Shown here piece by piece: positions 1 through 9,333 of a stretch of 64,000 bases of DNA. How positions within the stretch are numbered: the stretch's first letter is position 1; each line of letters opens with the position of its first letter. This DNA comes from Deinococcus sp. (GTDB lineage: Bacteria > Deinococcota > Deinococci > Deinococcales > Deinococcaceae). The notes below the pieces were generated by a model that was given only the letters and a program-made list of their open reading frames with translations, was not told the origin of the DNA and searched no databases. The stretch spans positions 2,400,001 through 2,464,000 of the forward strand of contig OZ253375.1 of NCBI GenBank assembly GCA_965261005.1, read 5' to 3'. Made by a program: the position numbers and the translations under genes.

Positions 1-1509
1 GGCGCGGATTTGGCCGGGATAGCTGTGGGCGCTCGCGAGGGCGGCGTGCTGTGGGGTGATGCAGCGCGCGCGCGACACTCCCTCCACTTGGGCGGCCAGA
101 TACTCGAAATCGTCGGCGGTCACGGCGCGGGTGCGGGTCCTGAGCACCATGGGTACCCGGTTCATGGCGTCGTCAAGGCGCTGGGCGTCCCGGCCGCCCA
201 GCGCCGGGCCATGGTTGATCACGCGCGCCACGTAGGGAATGGAGGACTTGAGCACGCTCACGGTGCCCGGCGGCACATTACCGGCCATGCCGCCGCCATG
301 GGCGTAGCGTTTCACGCGTAACGCGGCGCCCTTGGGCGGCACCGCGCCGTAGCGGTACACCGTACCGTCGGGCTGAATCAGGGCCGGTCCAAAGGTGAGG
401 CTGCCGTCCAGGGGATCGAGCTTGAAGTGGAAGTCGTCCGGCCCCGACTCAGCAAAGTCGGGAACGCTTCGCCACGCCCGGGGCGCCTCACCGGGCATTT
501 CGCTGACCACGTGTTCGCCTGCCGGGTCGAGCCACAGCACCGGGCTGTACAGCAGCTTAAAGGCTTGCCCCGGCGTGCCGTCGCTGCGGCCCAGCAGTTC
601 GCCATGAACCACGGTGGCGTGGCGGCAAGAGACGCTGGCGCCGCGCGCTTCGGCGCGCAAACTCTCGATGTCCGGCGACACCTTGTAGCCGGCGTAATTT
701 TGCTCGCTGGTCAGCCGGCAGCGCAGCCAATACCCGCGCTGGCCGAAGAACTCCTCTTCGGTCAAGGTTGGCAGGCGAACGATCAGCTCGCCGGAGACGT
801 TGAAGGCCGCCGTGCCGTCGTATTCGACCGCGCAGGCGACCCAGCGGCTGAGGCCGCCTTGCCACGCTTCCCACACGAAGGGCGGCTCTTTGGGATTCAC
901 GCCCGCGCCGCCGGCGACCTCACACTGCATCACCAAGGCCAGCACGTGCTGGCTGTGATCGTCTTCAAAAGACAGATAAAAGGCGTCGCCGGCGACCGGC
1001 TCGGGCGAAAAGACGGCGACCTTGTGACCGAGCACGCCGAGGCGCGACAAGTCGTGCGTTCTCAGCTCGGCGCCCTCCGCTTGCAGCGCGTTGGCGCTGT
1101 AGGCGCCCTTGAGGCGCGGCGGAACGATGGACAACGCGTCCTCGGTCGAAAAAACGATGGCCTCGGACACCTCGGTTCGCACGGTGGCGACCTCGGTGCC
1201 GGCGGGCACCGTGATGGTCACGTCCTGCGGGGCCGACAGGTAAAAGGTGATCGGCACGACCGCCGCGCGCGGCGGGTCGAGCGACAAGCCGATCAATTCC
1301 AGGAACTTCACGAACATCTTGTCCGGCACTTGGTTGACGCGGTAAAGCAGCAAGTCGGTCATCCAAGCGAAGATCTCGATCAGGGCGATGCCGGGGTCAG
1401 AGGTGTTGTGGTCGGTCCACTCCGGGCAGTACTGCGGAATCAGTTGTTTGGCTTGGTCGACGAGGTCGTCGAAACGGCGGTCGTCGAGGTTGACGGTGGG
1501 AAGCGGCAC
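1..1509 (-). CDS. CIS baseplate assembly protein (baseplate J/gp6-like), partial, runs off the left edge
   Basis: Translated by hand from GTG at 1509: MPLPTVNLDDRRFDDLVDQAKQLIPQYCPEWTDHNTSDPGIALIEIFAWMTDLLLYRVNQVPDK, the typical N-terminus of CIS baseplate proteins. Follows gp25 directly. Missing from the ORF track, consistent with no stop inside the window. Confidence 0.9.
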   Translation of the reverse strand, partial: MPLPTVNLDDRRFDDLVDQAKQLIPQYCPEWTDHNTSDPGIALIEIFAWMTDLLLYRVNQVPDKMFVKFLELIGLSLDPPRAAVVPITFYLSAPQDVTITVPAGTEVATVRTEVSEAIVFSTEDALSIVPPRLKGAYSANALQAEGAELRTHDLSRLGVLGHKVAVFSPEPVAGDAFYLSFEDDHSQHVLALVMQCEVAGGAGVNPKEPPFVWEAWQGGLSRWVACAVEYDGTAAFNVSGELIVRLPTLTEEEFFGQRGYWLRCRLTSEQNYAGYKVSPDIESLRAEARGASVSCRHATVVHGELLGRSDGTPGQAFKLLYSPVLWLDPAGEHVVSEMPGEAPRAWRSVPDFAESGPDDFHFKLDPLDGSLTFGPALIQPDGTVYRYGAVPPKGAALRVKRYAHGGGMAGNVPPGTVSVLKSSIPYVARVINHGPALGGRDAQRLDDAMNRVPMVLRTRTRAVTADDFEYLAAQVEGVSRARCITPQHAALASAHSYPGQIRA

Positions 1510-1511
1510 GC

Positions 1512-1913
1512 TCAGACGCCCACTTCGGTGGGCACGCGGTAAAAGGGAAACACCAAGGAGTGCTCGGCGTAGGTGTCGCGCATGCGGTAACGGATGTCCA
1601 CGAACATGCGCTCGGGGTGCATCTCGTCGATGCGGGCGTTCACCTGTGACACCTCAATGCGTGGCTCCCAAGCGCGCAACGCCTCGTCCACGTAGTACGA
1701 CGCCAGTCCCAAGGTGCTGGCGTCGTTGGGCGCGAACAACAGGTCGTGAATCTGACAACCAAAGTTCGGGCGCATGACACGCTGTCCCTTTGGCGTCATG
1801 AGGATCAGCAAGATGGACTGCTCGACGGCCTGCTCAAAATGCACCATTGCGATGCGTCCACGCGCATTCACCCCGATTGGAAATGCCCAGCCAGCCCCCA
1901 AATGGTCTTTCAC
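1512..1913 (-). CDS. GPW/gp25 family baseplate wedge protein
   Basis: LGAGWAFP...EQSILLILMTPKGQRVMRPNFGC...WEPRIEV...LVFPFY motifs; CIS context. Confidence 0.9.
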   Translation of the reverse strand: MKDHLGAGWAFPIGVNARGRIAMVHFEQAVEQSILLILMTPKGQRVMRPNFGCQIHDLLFAPNDASTLGLASYYVDEALRAWEPRIEVSQVNARIDEMHPERMFVDIRYRMRDTYAEHSLVFPFYRVPTEVGV

Positions 1914-2117
1914 AACAAGGTTCTCCCATGGTGTCTTCGGCGTGATGTGTCTGGCGCGTGCTGTGTGTCTTTAAGACGTCCGGCACGCTGAACTCAGTTT
2001 AGCAAAAGGCTTTGCGCGTGGGAGAAAACATGACCGAGTATGTTCGTGGACGCGGCCAGCCGCTACAAGTTGACCGCCTTGCCCGGTCCTCTCACTTGGC
2101 TTTGAAAGGGGTAGACC

Positions 2118-5100
2118 TCACATGCTCCTTTTTCCCGTGCGGCGCAACTCGGTGGCCAAGCGACGTTTCAGCAGGCCATACACCTGCTGAGCGAGCTGGT
2201 CGAGATCTGGTCCGGCCTCATTCGCGCGGGCGTCCACGCCGTTTGGCTTGAGGGTTGGCTTCGCGCTTGGACCGGATGTTGCGTTGGTATTGGAGGCGCC
2301 ACTGGAAACAGGCTCGTCAGTAACGGTGCGTTCAAGGCCAGCGGCTTGTACACCCAGCAATGGCGACGCGGACGCTGCGGCGGACATGGTCGGCACGAAT
2401 GTGGTCGGCGCCGACATGACTGCGTGCTGATCGGCAGGCCGGCTTGTTCCCGGAGGTGTCGCGGCACCCCGGGTGGGCGTAGGACTCGCCGTATCCCAAA
2501 AGGGCAGCGGATCCCACGGGGCGGGCAAACCACCCCATGCCTTGTCGGGAGCTTCTGGAGCGCGCCGAACTGCATCAGACTGGGCCGCATCAGATCGGGC
2601 TGCATAGGGCTGGGCTGTATATGGCTGAGCTGCGTCCGGCCGTTTGTTTCCCAGCGCCGCCGCTTTGAAATACGCTCGCACGCGGCCTTCGACTTGCTGG
2701 GCCAGCGCCTCCTCGCTCTCCGGCCGGGTGTCCGCTGGCCGGCCGGCGGACCGCGTCCGGTGACTGCGGGCGACGACCGGAACAAAGTCAGGGTCGCGTG
2801 TCCGAACCACGTGGGTCAGCTCGTGGGCCAACACGCCCAGCGTGCGCGGCGAGTTGAGGTCGTGGCCAGGGGCGAGCAGCACGGCGTCGCCAACCGCCAA
2901 AGCCTCGGCGGCGGCGGCGGCGGTGGCCTCGGCGGCTTCGGGACCGCGCAGCAACCGCACGCCCGCCACATCGGCGCCCAGCAGCGGGGCCAGCCGCGCA
3001 CGCACGCCTTCAGGAAGCGTTTCCACCGGCTGGTCCGCCCGCAACGCCTGATTCAGGGCGCGCTGAAGGGTGAGGTGTTGGGGGGCGCTCGCCGCCGAAT
3101 GGCTTGGCGCCAACTGGGTGGGCGCCCGTTTGGCCGGCACAGGACGTGGAGGCGTCCCGCCTGCCGAAGTCGGATCTGGCGGCGTGGCGTGTGTCACGCG
3201 GCCCGCAGACGAGGTGCGCGGACGGGCAAGCTGAACCCTTGATCCTGCGAAGAAAGGCTCGGGCGGCGAAGTGGAGTCTTCTTCGCGAGACGTTTCCTGA
3301 ACGCGCGACAGGAACGTTGGAGCGCTGAATTGAGCGCTCGCCCCCTGACGCTCCAAGCTGCTTTCGGCCGCGGCGGGCTGTTGAGGCGCCACGGGCGCGG
3401 CTTGGCCGGACGCCGCGTCCGTATATAGCAGCTGCGCAGTCTCACCGCCGCCTGATTCCAAAAGGAGAACGTCGGCCACCGGGAAGGTCGTGGGATGTTT
3501 GGACGGCGCCTCTCCAAGAGGTTCGGGGCCAAGTAGGTCGTGTGGCCTGCTTTCCGGCGGACGCGGCGTTGTGACCTTGTTCAGCGTTGCGGCGTCGAGC
3601 ACCAAAGGCGTCGTACCAAGTGCAGATGGAACGCCCTGCCCCCCACTCCGAAGCGCCGTCTGTTTCTCGTCCGGCGCGAGGGCGAGGACTTCGTCCACCG
3701 TCCGCTCCTCGCGCTTCTCTCCGCCGCTCAGCGGACCCGTCGTCTCTGCCGTCCGTCCCGCTTTGGCGAGATCTTGAGTGATGAGGGGTGGGCCTGGAAT
3801 TCGCATTGGCGCTTCAAAAGGGCTTTCTCCGGGGGTTCGTTGCGGGGAGAGGTCAACGGCCCGTTGCGGTTGATCGGTTTCGGCCTGTTCGAGCAGCGCC
3901 CGAGCATTGTCGTGGGTGGCGCCGGACGTTTCCCTCGTTCCCCTGGAGGGCCAATTCAGAATTTGGTCGTAGGACAAGGGTTCAAAGGTGCTTTCGCCGC
4001 TGATCTCGCTTTCAAATACCTTGTTCAGCCGGGTCAACCAGACTTGCGCCTCTTCGGGCGTCGTAGTTGGTAGGACTGCTTCGGTGCCGCTTTCGCCGCC
4101 GAGGCGCTCCATCAAGGCCGTCAGCTCCTCGCGCGCCGGCTCGCTGGAGCTCGGCTGGGTCGAAACTGGCTCAGCCGGACTTGCCTGGGCTTGACCACGC
4201 TGAATTTGGTAGAGCGTTGGAGCTGTGGGTGAGAACACCGTCTCGCTGGGTTCTGACGCCGCCTCCAAGAACGCTGCCGCCGTCAAGGTGTGGTCTGACG
4301 TCTGGCCGGGCGACGGCGGCCCTGACGGCAGCGATCCCCGCTCTGGTCGAGGACGAGCTTGACCCGCGATACCGAGCTGCGTTGGCCCGATAAATGCAGC
4401 GTCTTCTGTGGGCGTTTGGGGCGTTGGCATAGTTGAAACTTCTGCCCCGGACGTGCTTCCATCCGGTTCGCTCGCCTCTGTTTGGACGGCGACCTGCTGC
4501 TCTCTGGCCGCTCCGCCGTCCAAGCCGTCTTTCGTCAACGTGGCTGACTCCGGCAGAGGCGGCTGGCTCAAGGAAGATGGAGGAACGCTGACGCCCGCAG
4601 GAACATTCACTTCGGCATGACCGCTGGTCAACACCTGTGGACGTCCTGGTTGGAGCGCCCTATCCGGCCCGAATGCCGTAGAGATCTGTTCAGCTTCCAA
4701 GGAAGTTTCTTGCGATACGTCCCGCTTGGTCACCACATGCGCTCTCTGGGCCGGTACGCTCATGCTGGTTGAAACTTCTTCTCTTCCGGCTTGCGTGGTG
4801 AGCGTCCGTTGAATGGATACCGTCCGGCTTGGCACGGCGCGAGGAACGGGAACTGCCGTCTGCACGCCGCTTGCCGGGGCCAAGAGCTGGCCCGGCTCCG
4901 GCTGTCGGGACAAAAACGCGTCCGTGTTACCCGTAACGGGTTTGGTTTGCGGGTTGGTTTCCGGCTCAGGTCCGCTTGAGCGCGACGGAACTTGATACCC
5001 GCGATCCCGCGCCGCCGCGTCGCTTTGAACGGCTGTTCGTCTCGGCTCGCGCTCAGATGGTGAAGCAGGATCGTAAATTCGAGCGGTCTTGGGTGGCGCC

Positions 5101-7583
5101 CCAAGGCGCGCCGGCGACGCCGTTTGACCCACTTCTTGAGACGTGACGAGTGGCCTCGCCTGTTGTGGAGCAGGGGAGACTGAAATAGGCGAGGCTTGAA
5201 CGATTTCAGCTCGCCTTGACGCCCCGCTGGCCTCATTTTTGATCCTGCTTGGCGAGGTTACAGAGGAGGTACGAGTAAGTTTTTGTTCAAAGCCGTCCGG
5301 TCGGGAAGGCGCCGGCCCTTGCGCGGGCGTCTCGACGGTTTCGAGCAAAGCGCCGCCTTGGTGAAAACCGGCGTCGGAAGAACCTTGCGACACCCCTATA
5401 CCCGCGCCTAGAACCGGCGTCGTCCCTCTTTGGAGCGCCGCCGCCCTGACGGGAAGAAGCGGCCCGTTTCCGGCGCTGTTTATTAAAGCAGTGCTTATTG
5501 GAACACTGCGTTCCACACGTTGGCTTGGCTCGTTCTCCAGAATCCGTGCGGCGCCATCACCCACAGCCTTGGAAAGCTTGGCCGCTGTATGGCGGAAATC
5601 TTCTGACTCGCGGGGTGTGGAGAACGATCTCGCCGTTGGCAACACGGTCAGGTTCGATTCCGGCCAAGCTTGTGGCGCTGTCAAGCCTGCGGGAGACGCC
5701 GGCGGCGTGTTGTCCGCGCCCACCATGCCATGCTCTTCGCGCGCTGGGAGCCGGGCGACGACATTGACCGCTCTCGGCTCAGAAGAAGCCTGGGACGCGG
5801 CCAGCCCGGCAAAGGAAGGAAGCGCTTCGCTGTGGATTGGCGCGTCCTTGATGTACGACGCGTCGTGGGCAGGGTGAAGGTCGGGCCTCAGGGGCAAAAT
5901 GGACGGTGTGACCGGCTGCCCAGCGGGCAGGCTTGGGGAGTTGCCGGACTCGGCCTGAACATTTGGCGGCGCGACTGGCAGTGTGCCGTCGGTTGTAAAG
6001 TCGCCCGAAGGCTCTTTTGGCCCTGGGACGACTAGGAGCGCTTCGTTCGGCCTCACCCCAAGCGCGGGCAAAACACCGCCACTTGGAGAAAGAAGTGAGG
6101 GCGGCGTTGAGGAGGTCAAGTCCGCCCTGGAAAAGGACGCCTCGCGCTGATGGACTTGACGGTCTGCGGACCGGCGCGTTTCTTCTTGAAGGGCCGGTGT
6201 CATGGAAAGTGGCGCGTCTTCGGGCGGTCGCCGCAAAGCCAACTCCCGCTCGGGCACTTCCGAGAGCGGTTCATTTTCGGCTTCCGGCTCGACCGTAACC
6301 GCGCGCCTGAGTAATTCGGCCGTTGAACCGCCGTCAAGCGCCGCTTCTCCGGGATGGGCTTGTTGGTGATCGGTCTCAGCGTCAGGAGCTACCGGACTCT
6401 TTTTTTTTGACCAGTTCAGGATTTGGTCGTAGGACAAGGGTTCAAAAGCGCTTTCACCGCCCAGCTCGCTTTCGGACACCTTGTTCAGCCGGGCCAACCA
6501 GGATTGTGCCTCTTCGGGCGTCGTGGTTGGCAAGACCGCTTCGGGCGCCGCCTCGACGGGCGCTTTGAACGGCACCGGCCGCGGACGGCGCGGCATGACC
6601 ATTTCAATGCCGCTTTCGCCGCCGAGGCGCTCCATCAAGGCCGTCAGCTCCTCGCGCGTCGGCTCGCTGAAGCTTGGCTGAGTCGAAGCCGGCTCAACCC
6701 GCTCCGGTTCAGCGGGACTTGGTTCAGCAAGACTCGGTTCGGTCGGGTCGGGCTGAACTGAATTTTGCTGAACTGGAGCCGGCACATCGGGTATGGACGG
6801 CATCATGGTCTCGGATGTGGCGGCGTTCAGCAACGCTGTCGTGGACGCCATGGCCGGCTCAACGGATGCTGGCGCCGGTGGTGCCGGCGTGTCTTGCGGG
6901 GTGTCTTGGGCCGACGGCGGTTGTTGCGGTTCCGGGCGCAGTTCGGGGCTTGACGTCAGCCGGCTCTCAGGATCCGGTGCCCCGACGTCCGGCTGGGACT
7001 TGATCTGACCAATGACGGCCGGCGCTTGATCGGCGGGTACGGGGCGATCTTGAAAGATTGGGGCGGGCGTTGGTTGAAGGGGAAGTGGCTGAAGCTGAAC
7101 GGGCGCCGGGGTGGGAGAAACGTCGTGTGAAGCTGGCTGGGCTGGTTGTTGGGTTGGTTGCGGCGCGCGCTGATTGAGGGCCAGCACATCGGCAAAGGTG
7201 AGCGGCAGGGCAGCGCGGCGCGCTGGTCCGGAGGGCGTCCCTGCCGTGAACGTGCTTTCCTTCGCGACATCTGCTTGAGGCGCGGGCGCCCCGGGCAGTT
7301 CAGCTTGGAGCATGGCTGGGGTCGGCGAAGAGAGCGGCGCTTGGGCGGACACCACCGGAAACGCTTCACTCAACGGTTCGGTCGCCCTCGTCAAAAGCGT
7401 GTCCGGCTCAAAAGACGCCGCTCCATGCTTAAGCCGCGCGGCCACATACAAGCGGGCGCGCGCCGGGAAATCCGTAGCCGAAACACTTGTAAAAGGCGTT
7501 CCGGCGGTCGCATCAGTAAAAATAACCGTAAAGTGCTCTCGGTAATGGCGCAACTGCGCCGCACGTTCTTGCAGGGTGCTCAA
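2118..7583 (-). CDS. Giant Pro/Ala/Ser-rich CIS-associated protein with a C-terminal DUF4157 (eCIS core)-like domain
   Basis: 1821-aa [25 protein letters not shown]...AEALAVGDAVLL...LGVLAHELTHVV (HExxH) is DUF4157-like; sits between tube and gp25. Confidence 0.8.
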   Translation of the reverse strand: MSTLQERAAQLRHYREHFTVIFTDATAGTPFTSVSATDFPARARLYVAARLKHGAASFEPDTLLTRATEPLSEAFPVVSAQAPLSSPTPAMLQAELPGAPAPQADVAKESTFTAGTPSGPARRAALPLTFADVLALNQRAPQPTQQPAQPASHDVSPTPAPVQLQPLPLQPTPAPIFQDRPVPADQAPAVIGQIKSQPDVGAPDPESRLTSSPELRPEPQQPPSAQDTPQDTPAPPAPASVEPAMASTTALLNAATSETMMPSIPDVPAPVQQNSVQPDPTEPSLAEPSPAEPERVEPASTQPSFSEPTREELTALMERLGGESGIEMVMPRRPRPVPFKAPVEAAPEAVLPTTTPEEAQSWLARLNKVSESELGGESAFEPLSYDQILNWSKKKSPVAPDAETDHQQAHPGEAALDGGSTAELLRRAVTVEPEAENEPLSEVPERELALRRPPEDAPLSMTPALQEETRRSADRQVHQREASFSRADLTSSTPPSLLSPSGGVLPALGVRPNEALLVVPGPKEPSGDFTTDGTLPVAPPNVQAESGNSPSLPAGQPVTPSILPLRPDLHPAHDASYIKDAPIHSEALPSFAGLAASQASSEPRAVNVVARLPAREEHGMVGADNTPPASPAGLTAPQAWPESNLTVLPTARSFSTPRESEDFRHTAAKLSKAVGDGAARILENEPSQRVERSVPISTALINSAGNGPLLPVRAAALQRGTTPVLGAGIGVSQGSSDAGFHQGGALLETVETPAQGPAPSRPDGFEQKLTRTSSVTSPSRIKNEASGASRRAEIVQASPISVSPAPQQARPLVTSQEVGQTASPARLGAPPKTARIYDPASPSEREPRRTAVQSDAAARDRGYQVPSRSSGPEPETNPQTKPVTGNTDAFLSRQPEPGQLLAPASGVQTAVPVPRAVPSRTVSIQRTLTTQAGREEVSTSMSVPAQRAHVVTKRDVSQETSLEAEQISTAFGPDRALQPGRPQVLTSGHAEVNVPAGVSVPPSSLSQPPLPESATLTKDGLDGGAAREQQVAVQTEASEPDGSTSGAEVSTMPTPQTPTEDAAFIGPTQLGIAGQARPRPERGSLPSGPPSPGQTSDHTLTAAAFLEAASEPSETVFSPTAPTLYQIQRGQAQASPAEPVSTQPSSSEPAREELTALMERLGGESGTEAVLPTTTPEEAQVWLTRLNKVFESEISGESTFEPLSYDQILNWPSRGTRETSGATHDNARALLEQAETDQPQRAVDLSPQRTPGESPFEAPMRIPGPPLITQDLAKAGRTAETTGPLSGGEKREERTVDEVLALAPDEKQTALRSGGQGVPSALGTTPLVLDAATLNKVTTPRPPESRPHDLLGPEPLGEAPSKHPTTFPVADVLLLESGGGETAQLLYTDAASGQAAPVAPQQPAAAESSLERQGASAQFSAPTFLSRVQETSREEDSTSPPEPFFAGSRVQLARPRTSSAGRVTHATPPDPTSAGGTPPRPVPAKRAPTQLAPSHSAASAPQHLTLQRALNQALRADQPVETLPEGVRARLAPLLGADVAGVRLLRGPEAAEATAAAAAEALAVGDAVLLAPGHDLNSPRTLGVLAHELTHVVRTRDPDFVPVVARSHRTRSAGRPADTRPESEEALAQQVEGRVRAYFKAAALGNKRPDAAQPYTAQPYAARSDAAQSDAVRRAPEAPDKAWGGLPAPWDPLPFWDTASPTPTRGAATPPGTSRPADQHAVMSAPTTFVPTMSAAASASPLLGVQAAGLERTVTDEPVSSGASNTNATSGPSAKPTLKPNGVDARANEAGPDLDQLAQQVYGLLKRRLATELRRTGKRSM
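3951..4164. repeat. Intragenic direct repeat, copy A (~214 bp)
   Basis: Near-identical to 6411-6687; both contain atttggtcgtaggacaagggttcaaa and gccgctttcgccgccgaggcgctccatcaaggccgtcagctcctcgcgcg. Confidence 0.9.
6411..6687. repeat. Intragenic direct repeat, copy B (with ~63 nt extra)
   Basis: Same as copy A plus an in-frame insert around IEMVMPRRPRPVPFKAPVEAAP. Confidence 0.9.
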
Positions 7584-7623
7584 GTGGGGCCTCCGGCGTC
7601 AAGCAATCAAGGGCGTCAAGCGG

Positions 7624-8121
7624 TTAAAAGTCGACGGAGAGGATGCCCGAGTGCGCCAACTCAATGCTTTCGATGGCGACCGCTTGGCCGTTCGCCGCGA
7701 GTTGTGGACCAACCCACTTGACGGGAAAGGCGTTTTGCAAGCTCCAGGCAATCAAACGCTCGCCGCTGGTGGCATACATGGTCACTTGAACCGTGCGCAA
7801 GTCCATCACGCCCTGCGCGATGAGCGTGTGCCACCGGAACAATTCGTTGTCCTTGGTGACGCCGCGCTTCAGGGTGATGTTGCCAGCCTTGGTGTGTCCT
7901 GGAAGACGGTAAACAAAAAGGTTATTGCCGCCCTCGACGTATTCGATAACTTCAGTCTCCATTTGTAAGCCGTTTACCTCTGAAAATACGGCCCGCTCGG
8001 TGTCGCCGTCAATTTTAACGTAGTACCGGCAGTTGAGGTTGGCCTGAAAACGGTCATTCTTGTGTTGTTTGGCGTGCTGCCGGGCGGCGCCGGGGACGAT
8101 TACCGTTGGATTACTTGCCAC
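7624..8121 (-). CDS. Phage tail tube protein (T4 gp19-like), second tube
   Basis: FSEVNGLQMETEVIEYVEGGNN...LPG...NITLKRG...WSLQNAFPVKWVGPQL...AIESIELAHSG. Confidence 0.92.
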   Translation of the reverse strand: MASNPTVIVPGAARQHAKQHKNDRFQANLNCRYYVKIDGDTERAVFSEVNGLQMETEVIEYVEGGNNLFVYRLPGHTKAGNITLKRGVTKDNELFRWHTLIAQGVMDLRTVQVTMYATSGERLIAWSLQNAFPVKWVGPQLAANGQAVAIESIELAHSGILSVDF

Positions 8122-8133
8122 CTCGAAACCTCC

Positions 8134-8310
8134 TTACTTGCTTTGAGCGCTGGACGCACTCCGCGCACGGTACAGACGTACGTCTTCGAGCCACAATCGG
8201 TAGACCTTCTCTGCCAGCGCCTCCACGTCTATGCCGCTTGGGCGCGTTGATTGCACCTGAGTGCCAACTGCCGTCAGATTGCCCGCTTTGCCATGTGCCG
8301 GCTCACTCAT
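8134..8310 (-). CDS. Small (58 aa) CIS-associated hypothetical protein
   Basis: ATG at 8310 overlaps the upstream stop (ATGA) after ggagg; contains DVEALAEKVYRLWLEDVRL, similar to the giant protein's C-terminus. Confidence 0.7.
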   Translation of the reverse strand: MSEPAHGKAGNLTAVGTQVQSTRPSGIDVEALAEKVYRLWLEDVRLYRARSASSAQSK

Positions 8311-8732
8311 ACGGAGACCGCCTCCCCTTCCTCGGGAGCAAGGTCTAGCACCAACTCGGTCCCACAATGCGGACAGCGCGTTTCGATGCTGCCGGGTAAG
8401 GCTGGCGAGTCTGAAAAGCTGACCGTCCCCCCGGCGCCTGAGACCGCATTGATGGCAGCATAAAAAGCTTGCAGGTAAGCAAAGTCGGCGGCGTACAGAC
8501 CTGCGATCACGTCCGGCGTCACATGTGTGAGCGCGCCCAAACGGCGCACCACCCGGCCGAGCAGCAACAAACCGAAGTACGCCTCGTTGCCCTTCACCCG
8601 GGGATCGCTGAGTGGCTCGATCTCATCAAGCGCGGTCGCGAGACGCATGACACCGTTGACGTGGACACCGCCCGCCGCGTCCACGTATCCTACCGGTAAA
8701 TTGAACTCGAATTCCGTCCGCCGACCCGTCAC
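8307..8732 (-). CDS. CIS tail-assembly-chaperone-like protein with C-terminal CxxC
   Basis: TEFEFNLPVGYVD...GVMRLATALDEIEPLSDPRVKGNEAY...ADFAYLQAFY...RCPHCG resembles the conserved gene after the tube in actinobacterial-type CIS loci. Confidence 0.75.
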   Translation of the reverse strand: MTGRRTEFEFNLPVGYVDAAGGVHVNGVMRLATALDEIEPLSDPRVKGNEAYFGLLLLGRVVRRLGALTHVTPDVIAGLYAADFAYLQAFYAAINAVSGAGGTVSFSDSPALPGSIETRCPHCGTELVLDLAPEEGEAVSV

Positions 8733-8861
8733 CTTGTCACCCAGTTTCTGAAAACTCCCTCGTTCATATATTAGGCTTCCTAAACTCTAGAGGAACCAGC
8801 CGGCGTGCCCAATCGGGCCGCCGGCCAAAACGGTGGGTGCGAGAGCGCGCACCCGAGCAGG

Positions 8862-9305
8862 TCACTTGGTGCGGCGGTAACCGTGATGCGTGACGGTGAG
8901 TTCTTCGATGGCGACCTCATTGGTCTTGGCGTCGTAGGTAGGACCGTTGAGCTTGCTGGGCCAAGCCATGTCAATGGTCCACTCGGCGATGGGGTCGCCC
9001 TTTTGATTGAACAGGGTGATGGTGCCGCTGCGGCGCGCGCCGGTTACGTCGCCATCCTCAACCTGCTTGCGCCACTGCCACATGTCCATGTCCGTGGTGA
9101 TGCCGCGCTTGAGCACGATGTCGTTGTACTTCATGGTGCCTGGCTCGCGCACCAAGATGGGCTTGCCGTTGGCGTCGGTGGCGCGATATTCCACCACCTG
9201 GCTCTCCGAACCGAGGCCGGTGCACTCCCGAAAAGCACCCTTCACCCCGTTTTGAAAGTCCACGCCGAAATACGCCGCTACCAGTGGATCTGCTACTCCC
9301 GTCAT
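8862..9305 (-). CDS. Phage tail tube protein (T4 gp19-like), major tube
   Basis: GAFRECTGLGSESQVVEY...PGTMKYNDIVLKRGIT...AWPSKLNGP...EVAIEELTVTH. Confidence 0.93.
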   Translation of the reverse strand: MTGVADPLVAAYFGVDFQNGVKGAFRECTGLGSESQVVEYRATDANGKPILVREPGTMKYNDIVLKRGITTDMDMWQWRKQVEDGDVTGARRSGTITLFNQKGDPIAEWTIDMAWPSKLNGPTYDAKTNEVAIEELTVTHHGYRRTK

Positions 9306-9333
9306 CCCTGTTCCCCCTTACCTTCTTGTGAAA

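Noticed and set aside
427..1542. 371-aa plus-strand ORF and other long shadow ORFs (e.g. 11031-13169, 19689-22334, 46552-48048)
   Set aside because: Antisense or alternative-frame ORFs expected in high-GC DNA; they overlap well-supported genes and show no motifs.
6399..6410. T9 tract in the giant CIS gene as a frameshift or phase-variation site
   Set aside because: The frame is intact (KKK) and nothing supports slippage.
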